Shown here piece after piece: positions 17,141 through 26,643 of a stretch of 64,000 nucleotides of DNA (position 1 is the first letter of the stretch; each line of letters opens with the position of its first letter). Source of the DNA: Candidatus Hydrogenedens sp. (lineage in GTDB: Bacteria > Hydrogenedentota > Hydrogenedentia > Hydrogenedentales > CAITNO01); assembly GCA_012522755.1 (NCBI GenBank), contig JAAYJV010000048.1, positions 80,425 through 144,424 on the forward strand, in the 5' to 3' direction. The notes under the pieces are model-generated. The model did no database searches, was not told the DNA's origin, and was given only the letters and a program-made list of their open reading frames with translations. The translations under genes were made by a program, and so were the position numbers.

Positions 17141-19837
17141 TTATCTGGCCTTCTCCAGTGTTCTTTTCATGGACACAATGGCACGGGCCAGCGCGTCCCG
17201 TTTGCTCTGCAGGCGTGCAGGATCGTGAGAGAAGGAAACAAGACTCGGTATGATCTCCGAGAGGTCATAGGCTTCGGCGGCCTCTTTCAAAACAGCCTCC
17301 GCTCCTCGCTGATTCAACAGCCGTCGTCGATAATCCATGAGCAGAGCTAAATAGTCGTAATCTTCTATCCCGTCGCGGATGACTTCCCAGCGGATGGAGT
17401 TGATGGGGCCATCTTTGCCCGGATAGAGAAGCATTCCGTCACCATTGACAGGGGTCACATCGGCCAGACGGTTGAAAGGATCAGTGGGATCCAGCCAGTG
17501 GTTCACACTCCAATACTGCATTCCTTTGATACCCAGTGCCCAGGATTGCCAGAACAGAATGCGATGTTCCACAGGCGAGAAATCAATGAAGAAATTTCCA
17601 TAGGGCCGCGGAGGCATGTGATTGACATACCACCACACCTCTTCGCCGCTGGAAGTGCGGGCGAGAATATCCGCATTCTGGGTCGTATCCAATACCTGGG
17701 CATGAAGGGTCCAGATATCCAGCGATTCAGGGATGAAAGCGGTCAGTCCCGTTGTACTCACAGTGACGGCAATATCAGGAGCCAGGTCTTTCCATTGCTG
17801 CATCCGTTCCAATACCCGCGGCCAGGCAGGTCTTTCAGGTTCATAAGCAAGCTGCGTGAAGGCTTTGCCCGTCAGGCCATGGCGGAGCACATAGTCATTG
17901 GCGGCCTGCAACTGTCTGGGTGCTTCCAGAAGGCTGGCCGGAACAAAGAGGGTGGAGGCTCCCCGGTCCACACATTTTTCCTGCAGGGGCGTATAGGCTG
18001 ACAGTGCTTTTTCATAATCACCGGCTTCTCTGGGAAATTGTGACAGCTCACGTAAAGTGACTTTATGGGCCAGTCCATTGTCCAGCCAGGCCTGAAGAAG
18101 CTCCGGTCGTGGCAAATCCCCTCCGGAAAGTGCTCCCAGCGATTCCAATGAGAAAAGAAAATCAGTTTTCAGACTCGGCGTATCGGGCAGGGCAAAATCA
18201 AAGACCTCCACTTCCAGTGCCAGCTCCCAGGGGCCGCCATTGGAGGCCGTCACATCGATGGTACCCTGATAAATTCCCGGAGGTGTATCTTTCTTTGCAT
18301 GCACTGTTACCCACAGGGGTGTGGATTCTCCTGCCTGAGCCGTAAAGGGCCTGTGGGGCGGCAAGGCATCGGGGAACCAGCCTGTAGGCCCTTCGTAATG
18401 GCTGGGTACCTGTATCCGGTGATAATGGACATTGAAGATTTCCACATCACGGGCATCAATCTTTGTGCGCCCGTCTCTTTGCACAAGATCTGAAACAGTG
18501 ACCTGTACTTTTTCCAGAGCTTCAGTGGAAGGAAGCAATGCCAACTGAAAAGACTCAGATTCATTTTGCGCCAACCCCATCCTGTACAGAGGATTCACCA
18601 GCCCGGCACTCTGAACACGGTCTTCCTGAAAGATCTTTTCCAGAGGGGAGGCGAAGAAGAAACGTACATCCCCTTCAATGGCCAGAGGGCGCGAAAGGGT
18701 CCGTCCCCGCCTGTCCAGCAGATAAGGAGCATCTGTCCAGGGCTGCAACTCTGTTGCAGAAACTTTGCCAACAGTGAATATGGTATCGATCCCCCCGTGT
18801 GGCGAAGCTGTATCTTCGCCCAGAGCCAACGGTCCCTGATCGTTGCTCAGTTGCGCCATAAATTCATAGGTACCGGATTCCGGCGCTTCCCAGTCATAAC
18901 TGAATCTGGCCAGCCGCTCCGGCGAGCTGCTGAATTTTTTGCGGGGCAGACGCCAGACTCTTTTGTTGGGCGCCACAATACTGGCATCCAGATAAAGGTT
19001 CTCCAGGGCTTTTGTGGGAGCCAGGAGAGCCACGAGACGATTATCTTCATAGTCCAGCTGCAAAGCGAATTCATCTGTGGCAAAATCAATGTGCCTCAGT
19101 CCCCGGGCGACATTGAGGCGATACATGGTCGTCCAGGCATCGCCCGGCTTTAAAAAGCGGGGAACATAAGCCGTATGAATGGTATTCAGCACATTCTCGT
19201 CGTTGCTGACTGCGGCGAAGGCGTGAACATGATCGGCGTGGAAGATGCCATAAACACTTTCCTGTTTATTCAGATCCATCATGGCCGCCCAATTGCGCGC
19301 AGCCGGAAAAAAACCTTCACTCTCAGGATTCTGCAGGCCCCGGGTTGAAGGAAGATCCAGCCGCGCACTGCGACCCCTTTCAATGGCATTACGTACCCAG
19401 GGCGCTATCCATTGACTTTCACCGCCTTCATTCTTTACAGTCCAGGTGACACGGATGGAGCTTTCGTTCACCAGTGGCTCTATCAGTTTGCTCACGGTCA
19501 ATCCCTTGATGTTGGGGCCATCGCATTCATAAGAGGAAGTGATGATGGGCGAGCCGGAACGATCCAGAATTTCCAGTCGCTCGTTGAGACGTCGATTGGG
19601 CAGATAATAACTGCCCACGCCGAAGCCTTCCTGCAAAAGACCTTCCTGTGCCGAAAGATTGAACAAGCTGCCGAGGGTGTTCAAACCGCTCAAAATTCCG
19701 CCATCTTCAGGAAGAAAAGACCACTCCAGATATTTCCCCTCAATATGAACTTCTTCATTCACGGGTGTTCCGGCAAAAGCACAGGATGCGATGAGCAGTG
19801 AAATTATCACCCCTCTTGAAAATGCAAACGAACTCAT
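17141..19837 (-). CDS. Secreted DUF4091-containing putative glycoside hydrolase (GH123-like)
   Basis: The N-terminus has a lipobox-like signal (MSSFAFSRGVIISLLIASC). The C-terminus carries DUF4091-like motifs (WWYVNHMPPRPYGNFFIDFSPVEHRILFWQSWALGIKGMQYW…GDGMLLYPGKDGPINSIRWEVIRDGIEDYDYL). Confidence 0.6.
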   Translation of the reverse strand: MSSFAFSRGVIISLLIASCAFAGTPVNEEVHIEGKYLEWSFLPEDGGILSGLNTLGSLFNLSAQEGLLQEGFGVGSYYLPNRRLNERLEILDRSGSPIITSSYECDGPNIKGLTVSKLIEPLVNESSIRVTWTVKNEGGESQWIAPWVRNAIERGRSARLDLPSTRGLQNPESEGFFPAARNWAAMMDLNKQESVYGIFHADHVHAFAAVSNDENVLNTIHTAYVPRFLKPGDAWTTMYRLNVARGLRHIDFATDEFALQLDYEDNRLVALLAPTKALENLYLDASIVAPNKRVWRLPRKKFSSSPERLARFSYDWEAPESGTYEFMAQLSNDQGPLALGEDTASPHGGIDTIFTVGKVSATELQPWTDAPYLLDRRGRTLSRPLAIEGDVRFFFASPLEKIFQEDRVQSAGLVNPLYRMGLAQNESESFQLALLPSTEALEKVQVTVSDLVQRDGRTKIDARDVEIFNVHYHRIQVPSHYEGPTGWFPDALPPHRPFTAQAGESTPLWVTVHAKKDTPPGIYQGTIDVTASNGGPWELALEVEVFDFALPDTPSLKTDFLFSLESLGALSGGDLPRPELLQAWLDNGLAHKVTLRELSQFPREAGDYEKALSAYTPLQEKCVDRGASTLFVPASLLEAPRQLQAANDYVLRHGLTGKAFTQLAYEPERPAWPRVLERMQQWKDLAPDIAVTVSTTGLTAFIPESLDIWTLHAQVLDTTQNADILARTSSGEEVWWYVNHMPPRPYGNFFIDFSPVEHRILFWQSWALGIKGMQYWSVNHWLDPTDPFNRLADVTPVNGDGMLLYPGKDGPINSIRWEVIRDGIEDYDYLALLMDYRRRLLNQRGAEAVLKEAAEAYDLSEIIPSLVSFSHDPARLQSKRDALARAIVSMKRTLEKAR

Positions 19838-20357
19838 GAATTTTCCTTTATGGTTCTGAGATAAAAATATACTGGAGGTATTATACCGCTTTTATGCGCT
19901 CTGAGGAGTCTGAGGAGAAAAAGAAAGGTTTTAACAAATACAAGACCTATGCCGATCTCTGAGTTACTGACCGTCATCTTCCATTATTCTTTCGAAGAAG
20001 TTCATATTGCTGACTCTGCAAGTCATATGCTTTCAAGATATTGTGGGATTCTCGATTCGGCAAAGTGTCTTCCAAAAATCACGACCAAATAATGACTTGG
20101 GGAACCATAAAAGACGTTGAGAGTCACTCCTGGGAACGCCAATTTCCACATTGGCTGACGGCGCCTCATAATCCCGGGAACATATTGACTTGATTGCGGT
20201 ATGATATCTCGCTTTTCTCAAACAAATCCATTGCTCAGAAAACTTTCCGGCAGAGGATGTGCATATCGTGGGAGCAAAAAGCAAAAAAACAGGAATGACG
20301 GAGGCGGGGATATGTCGTAAGGTATATAAGATACTTGAAAAGATCAGTAGTCTCGGG

Positions 20358-20398
20358 GAGTCGGACGGATCGGTCGGATCAGTCGGATCGGACGGATG
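20358..20398. repeat. Tandem 9-bp GATC-containing repeats (GATCNGNCG x ~4.5) in a divergent intergenic region
   Basis: The direct reading is gagtcggacg gatcggtcg gatcagtcg gatcggacg gatg. It is the reverse complement of the unit at 3995-4035. Confidence 0.7.
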
Positions 20399-20579
20399 TG
20401 GGAGGGGCGGAGACATGTCTTGGGATACAAAAGAGACTCCGGGGATACATATAAGTCTCTTCCTCTCATTTTCTTAGTGAATCGACCTGTTCTTCGTGAC
20501 GTTGTGGTTAAAAGAGAAAAAATTATTTCGTTGCGGCTATGCTGCGCTGCAATTTCCATGTGGTGAATTTATGTGGTAA

Positions 20580-20590
20580 ATGCTATACTG
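20580..20590 (+). promoter_or_regulatory. Putative sigma70-type promoter (extended -10 TGcTATACT)
   Basis: The 11-mer 'ATGCTATACTG' is identical to 4113-4123. It lies 63 bp upstream of the adhesin ATG at 20653, which has an AAGGAG SD. Confidence 0.4.
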
Positions 20591-20652
20591 ATGTTGGTGA
20601 CCAGATTTGTGGTATATTATTTTATATATCAATAAAATAAGGAGTGCTCAGT

Positions 20653-23600
20653 ATGAAACTTCAACGAAAGATTTTACCGGGACTGATCTGCAGTCTCCTC
20701 GCTCTCTGTATGGCCAGTGTCAGTATCCAGGCGCAAGACTGGAACTTCAACACGAATGGAGATTTTGAAGGCTGGACACTGGGCTATCACACCAATGGTG
20801 GTGGCGTTGCCGATGGCATTTTGTGGTATGACATCCAGGCCGATGCAACAGATCCCATGGTAGTGTCTCCCACCTTTTCTCTTGCTCGTGCCAATTATCG
20901 CTGGTTGTATGTACGGGCCAAGAATAATACCCGTGGCAACTGGGCGAATATCTTCTGGCACGGTAATCTGACCGCAGACTTCGTTGGGTCCTATGAGAAA
21001 ACCTATGGCATCCGGGCCCATGATCCGGAGTTCAGCGACTACTGGGTGGATTTGAACACAGTCCCCACCTGGACGTCTACAACGACTCTTTATAAATTGC
21101 GTTTTGACTTTCCCGATGGAGTTGACGGTGGCGGTGTGCTGGGAAGTGATGGCACCCGTATTGAAGTGGACCGCATCGCCCTGCTCCCGGAAGGTCTTGG
21201 GCCGCCCTCTCCTCAGTTTGTGTATATGCGCCGTTACAGCCCCCAGGTGACACCACCCGATTTCACCAATGCCGCACAGGTGGTCTTTGAATTGAAATTC
21301 AACCAGCTCTATACCCCTGTGGCCTGGGATGAAGTGGCTTTAATAACATCCCCCGGAGTCACGATAGCTGGCATAAATACCGAGTATGTGAAACCTTTCA
21401 ATTATCTCGCCACTTTTGATGTGAGCGGAGAAGGTACATTCCGGCTGGATGGAACAGGAGAAGGGACAGGGACCTCCGATCTGACAGGGCTGTCTATCAG
21501 ACATCCTTTTATAGGAGAAACTTTCAACATTGATACAGTCCCTCCCTCCATAGCGATCAGCGAAGCTTCTGCATCCCTGACTACCGGTGATTCCGTGACC
21601 TATACGGTGAACTACGCCGATGGTGATGACGGCAGCGGCATACAAGGCATCAGTCTGACTGATGACGATATAACTCTGAACAAAACCGGCACAGCCAATG
21701 GCACTCCTTCTGTCAGTGGCTATGGCAATTTCAGAACGGTCACTGTTCAGAACATCACTGGCGTGGGAACACTCAGTATCAGAGTCGCCGCCAATACGGC
21801 AACAGACAATGCCGGTAACAGCACGATTGCCGCCGGGCCCGGCGACAGCTTTTCCGTGGATACCGAAGCTCCTGTAATCAGCCTTCTGGGTTCTACGGAA
21901 GTGGAGGCTGAGTGTAACGAAGCATATGTGGATGCCGGAGCCACGGCGCTGGACAACCCTGACGGTGATATTACGACCAGCATTATTGTGGACAATCCCG
22001 TAAATACTGCTGTTCCTGATGATTACACAGTTCGCTATAATGTTACTGACAGTGCCGGGAATGCGGCTGTGGAAGTCACCCGCCTGGTAAAGGTGCGGGA
22101 TAAGTTGCCGCCTGAAATCAGCTTGTACGGCGACAATCCCCTGAAGATTGAATGTGGCGATCCTTATGTGGAATTCGGTGCCACAGCCTGGGATAAGTGT
22201 GATGGTGACTTGAGTGCGAGTATCTCCATCAGCTATGAAGGAGAAACTGTCGACACATCCAGTAAAGGTATCCATGAAGTCACTTATACTGTGACAGATG
22301 CTGCCGGCCTCACTGCCAGTGTTGTTCGTTCTGTGGAAGTAGTGGATACGACACCCCCGGATCTGGATATGGCCGGAAATTCTCCCATGACCCTCCATCT
22401 CGGCAATACCTATGTGGAACCCGGAATCACAGCTTGGGATCATTGCGATGGTGATCTTACAGATGACATTGTTACAGTGAATCCCGTAAATGCCAATCAG
22501 GTGGGCAGCTATACTATCACCTATGATGTAACGGATGCGGAGGGGCTTGCTGCTGCACAGAAGAAACGGGTGGTGAATGTGATGGATCCGAGTGATCCCA
22601 ATGTTGAGAGTGTTACCGTGGAAAGCGAGCTTTCCGTGCTCGTGAATTACAGCAAAGACATGACCGGCGCAGTGGGACTTCTGGATCCTGACAACTACAC
22701 CCTCTCGGGATCAGGGCAGGGGACTCTGGCCGCCAATCCTGTATCGGTGGAGACTGTCACGGCAAACGTCGTGCGGCTGAACTGGCTCCGACCGGCGGAA
22801 ATGTTTGACGGTGGTGATATTCATATTGTCGTCAATCCTGCGCTGAAAGATCAGAACGGCATTACCATTCTTGTGAACGAAGGAATGGAAGCCGGTGGTG
22901 CGAAAGGACAGGCCCCTGAGATCGATCTCCCCGGCGGAACAAGCCTCGTGCATGAATGCGGCACATCTTATATCGATTCCGGTGCAACGGCTACCGATGA
23001 TGTTGACCCCAGCGTTGCTGTTCAAATAACTGGAGCCGAACTGGTGGATGGATACAACCCTGATGACTACACCATTATCTACACCGCTGTGGATGCCGCT
23101 GGCAATACGGCGACTCTCGTCAGAACCGTGAGCGTTGAGGATACGACTGCACCCGTCATCGAGTTGATCGGCCCATCGAGTGGTATTGAACTGGAATGCG
23201 GTGTGGACAGTTATGTGGAAGAAGGCGCCACAGTGACCGACGATTGTGAAGGAGATATCAGCAGCAAGCTGATTATTGGCGGTGATATTGTTGATACTTC
23301 ACAGCCCCAAAGTTATGTGGTCACCTATGATGCCGTAGACAAAGCCGGGAATGCTGCTGAAACGCAACAGCGCATCATTGTTGTTAAAGACAGTGCAGTC
23401 CCCGAGTTTTCCCTTATCGGGTCCGCTGATCTTAAAGTTGACTGCGGTCTCGAATTCGAAGCCCCCGGCGTGATTGCCTTTGATCTTTGTGATGGTGATC
23501 TGTTCGACGCTGTTGATGTGGACGGTTCCGTGAATCCGCAGGTTCCGGGCATCTATACACTGCGCTATAATCTCACCGACAGCTCCGGCAACACCGCTGA

Positions 23601-24258
23601 TGAACTGGTCCGCATTGTGACCGTTGTGGATATGAGCGCGCCGGAAATCACACTGCTTGGTGAAAACCCCCTTGTCCTGGATGGCGGTGCTTTCTATGAA
23701 GAGCCGGGCTATACCGTGCTGGATCGCTGTGAGGGAGACCTTAGTGCGGCTCTCATTGTTGATGCAGATGAGGTCAACGATCGTGCTGTCGGCAATTACA
23801 CTGTCCTGTATAAGGTGAGTGATTCTGCGGACAACGTGGCCACAGCAACGCGTAAGGTATCTGTGGAGCGTGAAGCCTGCAAGCTCCTCTACAGCCTGGA
23901 GGTCTCACCGAACCCGGCCTTGCCCGGCGAAAGCATCACCATGACAGCCGTGGAACTTCCCGGCTCCTGCAGCGTAGGCGAGGTACAGTACCAATGGCAG
24001 AAACGCAGTGGGGGTAAAGCCGACTGGATGCCCATCCTCACAGCCGAGAATGCCACGATTTTCACCATCGAATCCGCCGAAATTGAAGATGCCGGTGATT
24101 ACCGTATCGCTATTTCTGATGACATGATCACGTTCTACTCCACAGAAGTTTCTGTGCTTGTGGACACAGGTACTCCGGCTACAGGCTTCCTGGGACTTGC
24201 CCTGGCCGCTTCTCTCTCCGCTCTGGCCGGTGGACTCGCCCTGCGCAAGCGTGACTGA
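20653..24258 (+). CDS. Giant cell-surface protein with N-terminal signal peptide, multiple DUF5011-type Ig-like repeats, a C-terminal Ig-like domain and a hydrophobic/basic C-terminal sorting-anchor
   Basis: An AAGGAG SD sits 9 nt before ATG 20653. The signal peptide is MKLQRKILPGLICSLLALCMASVSIQAQ. DUF5011-type repeats recur through the protein, for example 'PVISLLGSTEVEAECNEAYVDAGATALDNPDGDITTSIIVD…YTVRYNVTDSAGNAAVEVTRLVKV'. The C-terminal tail is 'TGTPATGFLGLALAASLSALAGGLALRKRD', a TM helix plus basic tail that resembles PEP-CTERM or sortase signals but lacks a canonical PEP or LPXTG. Confidence 0.7.
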   Translation: MKLQRKILPGLICSLLALCMASVSIQAQDWNFNTNGDFEGWTLGYHTNGGGVADGILWYDIQADATDPMVVSPTFSLARANYRWLYVRAKNNTRGNWANIFWHGNLTADFVGSYEKTYGIRAHDPEFSDYWVDLNTVPTWTSTTTLYKLRFDFPDGVDGGGVLGSDGTRIEVDRIALLPEGLGPPSPQFVYMRRYSPQVTPPDFTNAAQVVFELKFNQLYTPVAWDEVALITSPGVTIAGINTEYVKPFNYLATFDVSGEGTFRLDGTGEGTGTSDLTGLSIRHPFIGETFNIDTVPPSIAISEASASLTTGDSVTYTVNYADGDDGSGIQGISLTDDDITLNKTGTANGTPSVSGYGNFRTVTVQNITGVGTLSIRVAANTATDNAGNSTIAAGPGDSFSVDTEAPVISLLGSTEVEAECNEAYVDAGATALDNPDGDITTSIIVDNPVNTAVPDDYTVRYNVTDSAGNAAVEVTRLVKVRDKLPPEISLYGDNPLKIECGDPYVEFGATAWDKCDGDLSASISISYEGETVDTSSKGIHEVTYTVTDAAGLTASVVRSVEVVDTTPPDLDMAGNSPMTLHLGNTYVEPGITAWDHCDGDLTDDIVTVNPVNANQVGSYTITYDVTDAEGLAAAQKKRVVNVMDPSDPNVESVTVESELSVLVNYSKDMTGAVGLLDPDNYTLSGSGQGTLAANPVSVETVTANVVRLNWLRPAEMFDGGDIHIVVNPALKDQNGITILVNEGMEAGGAKGQAPEIDLPGGTSLVHECGTSYIDSGATATDDVDPSVAVQITGAELVDGYNPDDYTIIYTAVDAAGNTATLVRTVSVEDTTAPVIELIGPSSGIELECGVDSYVEEGATVTDDCEGDISSKLIIGGDIVDTSQPQSYVVTYDAVDKAGNAAETQQRIIVVKDSAVPEFSLIGSADLKVDCGLEFEAPGVIAFDLCDGDLFDAVDVDGSVNPQVPGIYTLRYNLTDSSGNTADELVRIVTVVDMSAPEITLLGENPLVLDGGAFYEEPGYTVLDRCEGDLSAALIVDADEVNDRAVGNYTVLYKVSDSADNVATATRKVSVEREACKLLYSLEVSPNPALPGESITMTAVELPGSCSVGEVQYQWQKRSGGKADWMPILTAENATIFTIESAEIEDAGDYRIAISDDMITFYSTEVSVLVDTGTPATGFLGLALAASLSALAGGLALRKRD

Positions 24259-24283
24259 TTGAAACTTCTCTGATGACTCCCGG

Positions 24284-24322
24284 CGGCGTCGGTGCTTCGG
24301 TGCTGACGCCGTTTTTTGTTTT
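24284..24322 (+). terminator. Putative rho-independent terminator of the adhesin gene
   Basis: A CGGCGTC…GACGCCG stem is followed by TTTTTTGTTTT, starting about 25 nt after the stop at 24258. Confidence 0.5.
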
Positions 24323-24384
24323 GCAAGTTGACTTGACATTCAAGAGCAATAAACTCAACCAGAGAATTCAAAGAAACAAAAGAG

Positions 24385-24453
24385 ACCTCACGCCGCAGCC
24401 AAATCCACATGTTTTTACCGTCTTTACCCGCTTTCAGCCAATGTGGAAATTGG
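24385..24453. repeat. 69-bp direct repeat, copy 1 (contains internal inverted repeat CCACATG…CAATGTGG)
   Basis: The sequence CTCACGCCGCAGCCAAATCCACATGTTTTTACCGTCTTTACCCGCTTTCAGCCAATGTGGAAATTGGCG is about 93% identical to copy 2. Confidence 0.7.
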
Positions 24454-24621
24454 CGTTCCCAGGGGACATGTCTCTACGTTTTAAAGGTTTTTAAAAGTCT
24501 CGAAACATACCCAAGTCCATGTCATTCCTTCGAAAGGAGGAATCTTAATGCGATATATATGTCCCTGAAACAATCAGAGGCCGGAACTTCGCGGCAATGA
24601 CCAAAGAGACACATAGAAAGA

Positions 24622-24690
24622 GTTCTCACGCCGCAGCCCAATCCACATGTTTTTACCGCCTTTACCCGCTTTCTGCCAATGTGAAAATTG
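24622..24690. repeat. 69-bp direct repeat, copy 2
   Basis: The sequence CTCACGCCGCAGCCCAATCCACATGTTTTTACCGCCTTTACCCGCTTTCTGCCAATGTGAAAATTGGTG differs from copy 1 at 5 positions and lies 237 bp downstream of it. Confidence 0.7.
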
Positions 24691-24713
24691 GTGCTCTCAC
24701 CACTGCTGCTTCG

Positions 24714-24753
24714 TGAATAAAAAAGCCGACTGCAAGGCTAAGGTGCAGTCGGC
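24714..24753 (-). terminator. Rho-independent terminator of the minus-strand HAD hydrolase/flavodiiron protein transcription unit
   Basis: A perfect 10-bp stem (GCCGACTGCA / TGCAGTCGGC) closes a 9-nt loop. On the minus strand it is followed by TTTTTTATT, about 30 nt after the HAD stop at 24782. Confidence 0.6.
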
Positions 24754-24781
24754 AAATAGAACAGGGAAAAAGAACGTCGGA

Positions 24782-25429
24782 TTAGCGCTTCAGCAAAGCG
24801 GGATCAAAATCAGCCAGATCCTCAAGAACCAGATGGGCCCGGGAATAGTCCTGTTTGGGTCTGTCCGGTCGCGAGAGTGCCACGCCATACATGCCGGCAT
24901 CCACGCCCGCCGTGAGTCCTGCTGTGGAATCTTCAAAGACGACACAGGCTGTGGGATCCACTCCGAGCTTTTCCGCTGCAGCCAGATAGCAGGCCGGATG
25001 AGGCTTGCCCGGATGATAGTCTTCATGACCCAGATAAAAGCGCAGTAAGGGCATGATATCCATGATCTCAATGGCTTCTTTCACATCGTTGCAATAGGAG
25101 CCGGAGACTACAGCCACAGGATGGGTTTCAGCCAGTTTTTTCAACAGGTCAATGGAGCTGTGAATACGTACATCCCTGCTGTCCCGGAGTTTCAGGAAAT
25201 AGGGGGCCAGTTTGTCGCCCATTTCATCAAGTGTCCAGTCGATGGTGGGAAATTTTTGAACCAGACCATCATAAACGCCCGGCCAGGAGATGCCGTACAC
25301 GAGACTGAGCGCTGTTTCCCGATCCAGCGAATAGCCCATATCAGCGGCGAGCAGTTCCGTCGCTTCCACCCACAGGATTTCCGTATCGACCAGCGTTCCG
25401 TCCAAATCAAAAAAATATGCCTCTATCAT
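24782..25429 (-). CDS. HAD-superfamily hydrolase (beta-phosphoglucomutase/phosphatase-like)
   Basis: Motif I 'FFDLDGTLVDTE' (DxDGT) is present, along with later HAD motifs (…VVSGSY…, …FEDSTAG…). Confidence 0.75.
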   Translation of the reverse strand: MIEAYFFDLDGTLVDTEILWVEATELLAADMGYSLDRETALSLVYGISWPGVYDGLVQKFPTIDWTLDEMGDKLAPYFLKLRDSRDVRIHSSIDLLKKLAETHPVAVVSGSYCNDVKEAIEIMDIMPLLRFYLGHEDYHPGKPHPACYLAAAEKLGVDPTACVVFEDSTAGLTAGVDAGMYGVALSRPDRPKQDYSRAHLVLEDLADFDPALLKR

Positions 25430-25470
25430 TCAAATCCTTTCTCTATAAGGTTGATTTATATCAAGGTGTT

Positions 25471-26643
25471 TCAATCGAGATTCTGATGATGCTCGTAAAT
25501 ATTCTGGGCGAGGGCATCGAGATTGGCAATGTCTTCTTCCCGGGGAAGGCCTTTGCACATGAGGGTGCCCAATACCTCCACTTTCAGATTGGGGATCAGT
25601 TCTGTCAATTGTTCGGCCGCTTTGGTTCCCCAGCCGTAAGAGCCGATGATGGCCGCGAAGCGCAGTTTCGGCCGGAGGGCATTGGCCAGATGTGTTGCGG
25701 AAAAGACAAAAGGATGGGGCCCGAAGAGGACCGTGGGGGTACCTATCACAATGGTGGCTGCATCCACGAGTGCCATGGCGAGTTCGCCTATATCGGTCAC
25801 AGTCAGATCGAAGGGATGAACTTCAATGCTCCGGGCATCGAGAGAGCTCACCAGATGGGTGACCATGGCTTCCGTACTGCCGTGCATGGAGATATATGGA
25901 ATGACCACCTTGTTGGCCACATGATCGGAGACCCAGTCTTTGTAGGCATCAAGAATGAATTCCGGTTTGTTGTAGATGGGCCCGTGGCTCGGGGCGATCA
26001 TGGTGAAGGGCACTGGCTCAAGCTTGACCAGATGCTTTTTGATGAAGCTTCGGAAAGGCATCATGATTTCAGCATAGTAGCGTTTTGCGGCGATGATCAC
26101 CTGCGGATTCTCGTCGGCATAAAGAGTGGAGGTGGCCAGATGTGATCCGAAAAAGTCGCAGGAAAAAAGAATCCCTTCCTCTTCGCAGAAGCTGCACATG
26201 GTTTCCGGCCAATGCACCCAGGGGGTATAGATGAAACGCAGACTGCGGTCGCCCAGAGAGAGCACTTCATCGTCTGCAACAACACGGATACGCTCGGGAT
26301 CCATCTCAAGATGGTAGAGCAGCATATCACGGCCCTTTTCCGAGCAGAGCACCTGTGCCTGCGGATACTTTTCCATGATGACAGGGATGGCGCCGGCGTG
26401 ATCCTGTTCCGAGTGCTGAGAGACAATATAATCCACCTGCTCCACATCGGCGAGCTGTGCCAGAAGCAGATCCACTTTCTCCGGATCCACGGTGTCTATC
26501 AACGCTGTCTTTTCCGAGCCTCGAAGAAGATAAGCGTTGTAGCTCGTCCCTTCCGGCAGGGGAATCAGCGAATCAAAAAGACGCCGGTTCCAATCCACGG
26601 CACCCATCCAGGTGACCCGTTCAGTGATGATTTTTGCTTTCAT
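25471..26643 (-). CDS. Flavodiiron protein (FprA-type; metallo-beta-lactamase-like diiron domain + flavodoxin domain)
   Basis: The start was chosen at MKAKIITERVTW after AGGAGA. The metallo-beta-lactamase diiron motif 'HSEQDHAGA' is present. The C-terminal flavodoxin-like segment is 'KVVIPYISMHGSTEAM'. Confidence 0.8.
   Translation of the reverse strand: MKAKIITERVTWMGAVDWNRRLFDSLIPLPEGTSYNAYLLRGSEKTALIDTVDPEKVDLLLAQLADVEQVDYIVSQHSEQDHAGAIPVIMEKYPQAQVLCSEKGRDMLLYHLEMDPERIRVVADDEVLSLGDRSLRFIYTPWVHWPETMCSFCEEEGILFSCDFFGSHLATSTLYADENPQVIIAAKRYYAEIMMPFRSFIKKHLVKLEPVPFTMIAPSHGPIYNKPEFILDAYKDWVSDHVANKVVIPYISMHGSTEAMVTHLVSSLDARSIEVHPFDLTVTDIGELAMALVDAATIVIGTPTVLFGPHPFVFSATHLANALRPKLRFAAIIGSYGWGTKAAEQLTELIPNLKVEVLGTLMCKGLPREEDIANLDALAQNIYEHHQNLD

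Noticed and set aside
20033-20416. 127-aa minus-strand ORF in the 19838-20652 intergenic region ('…PSDPTDPTDPSD…')
   Set aside because: The 'DPT' repeat is just the translation of the 9-bp GATC tandem repeat. The ORF has no RBS or start context and sits in a promoter region. It is interpreted as noncoding.
24409-25048. Two small ORFs (24409-24600, 63 aa; 24647-25048, 133 aa) beginning MFLP(S/P)LPAF…
   Set aside because: They start inside the 69-bp direct repeats, and the differences between the copies are mostly non-synonymous. The second runs antisense through a strong terminator and into the HAD gene. They are more likely noncoding repeats than peptides.
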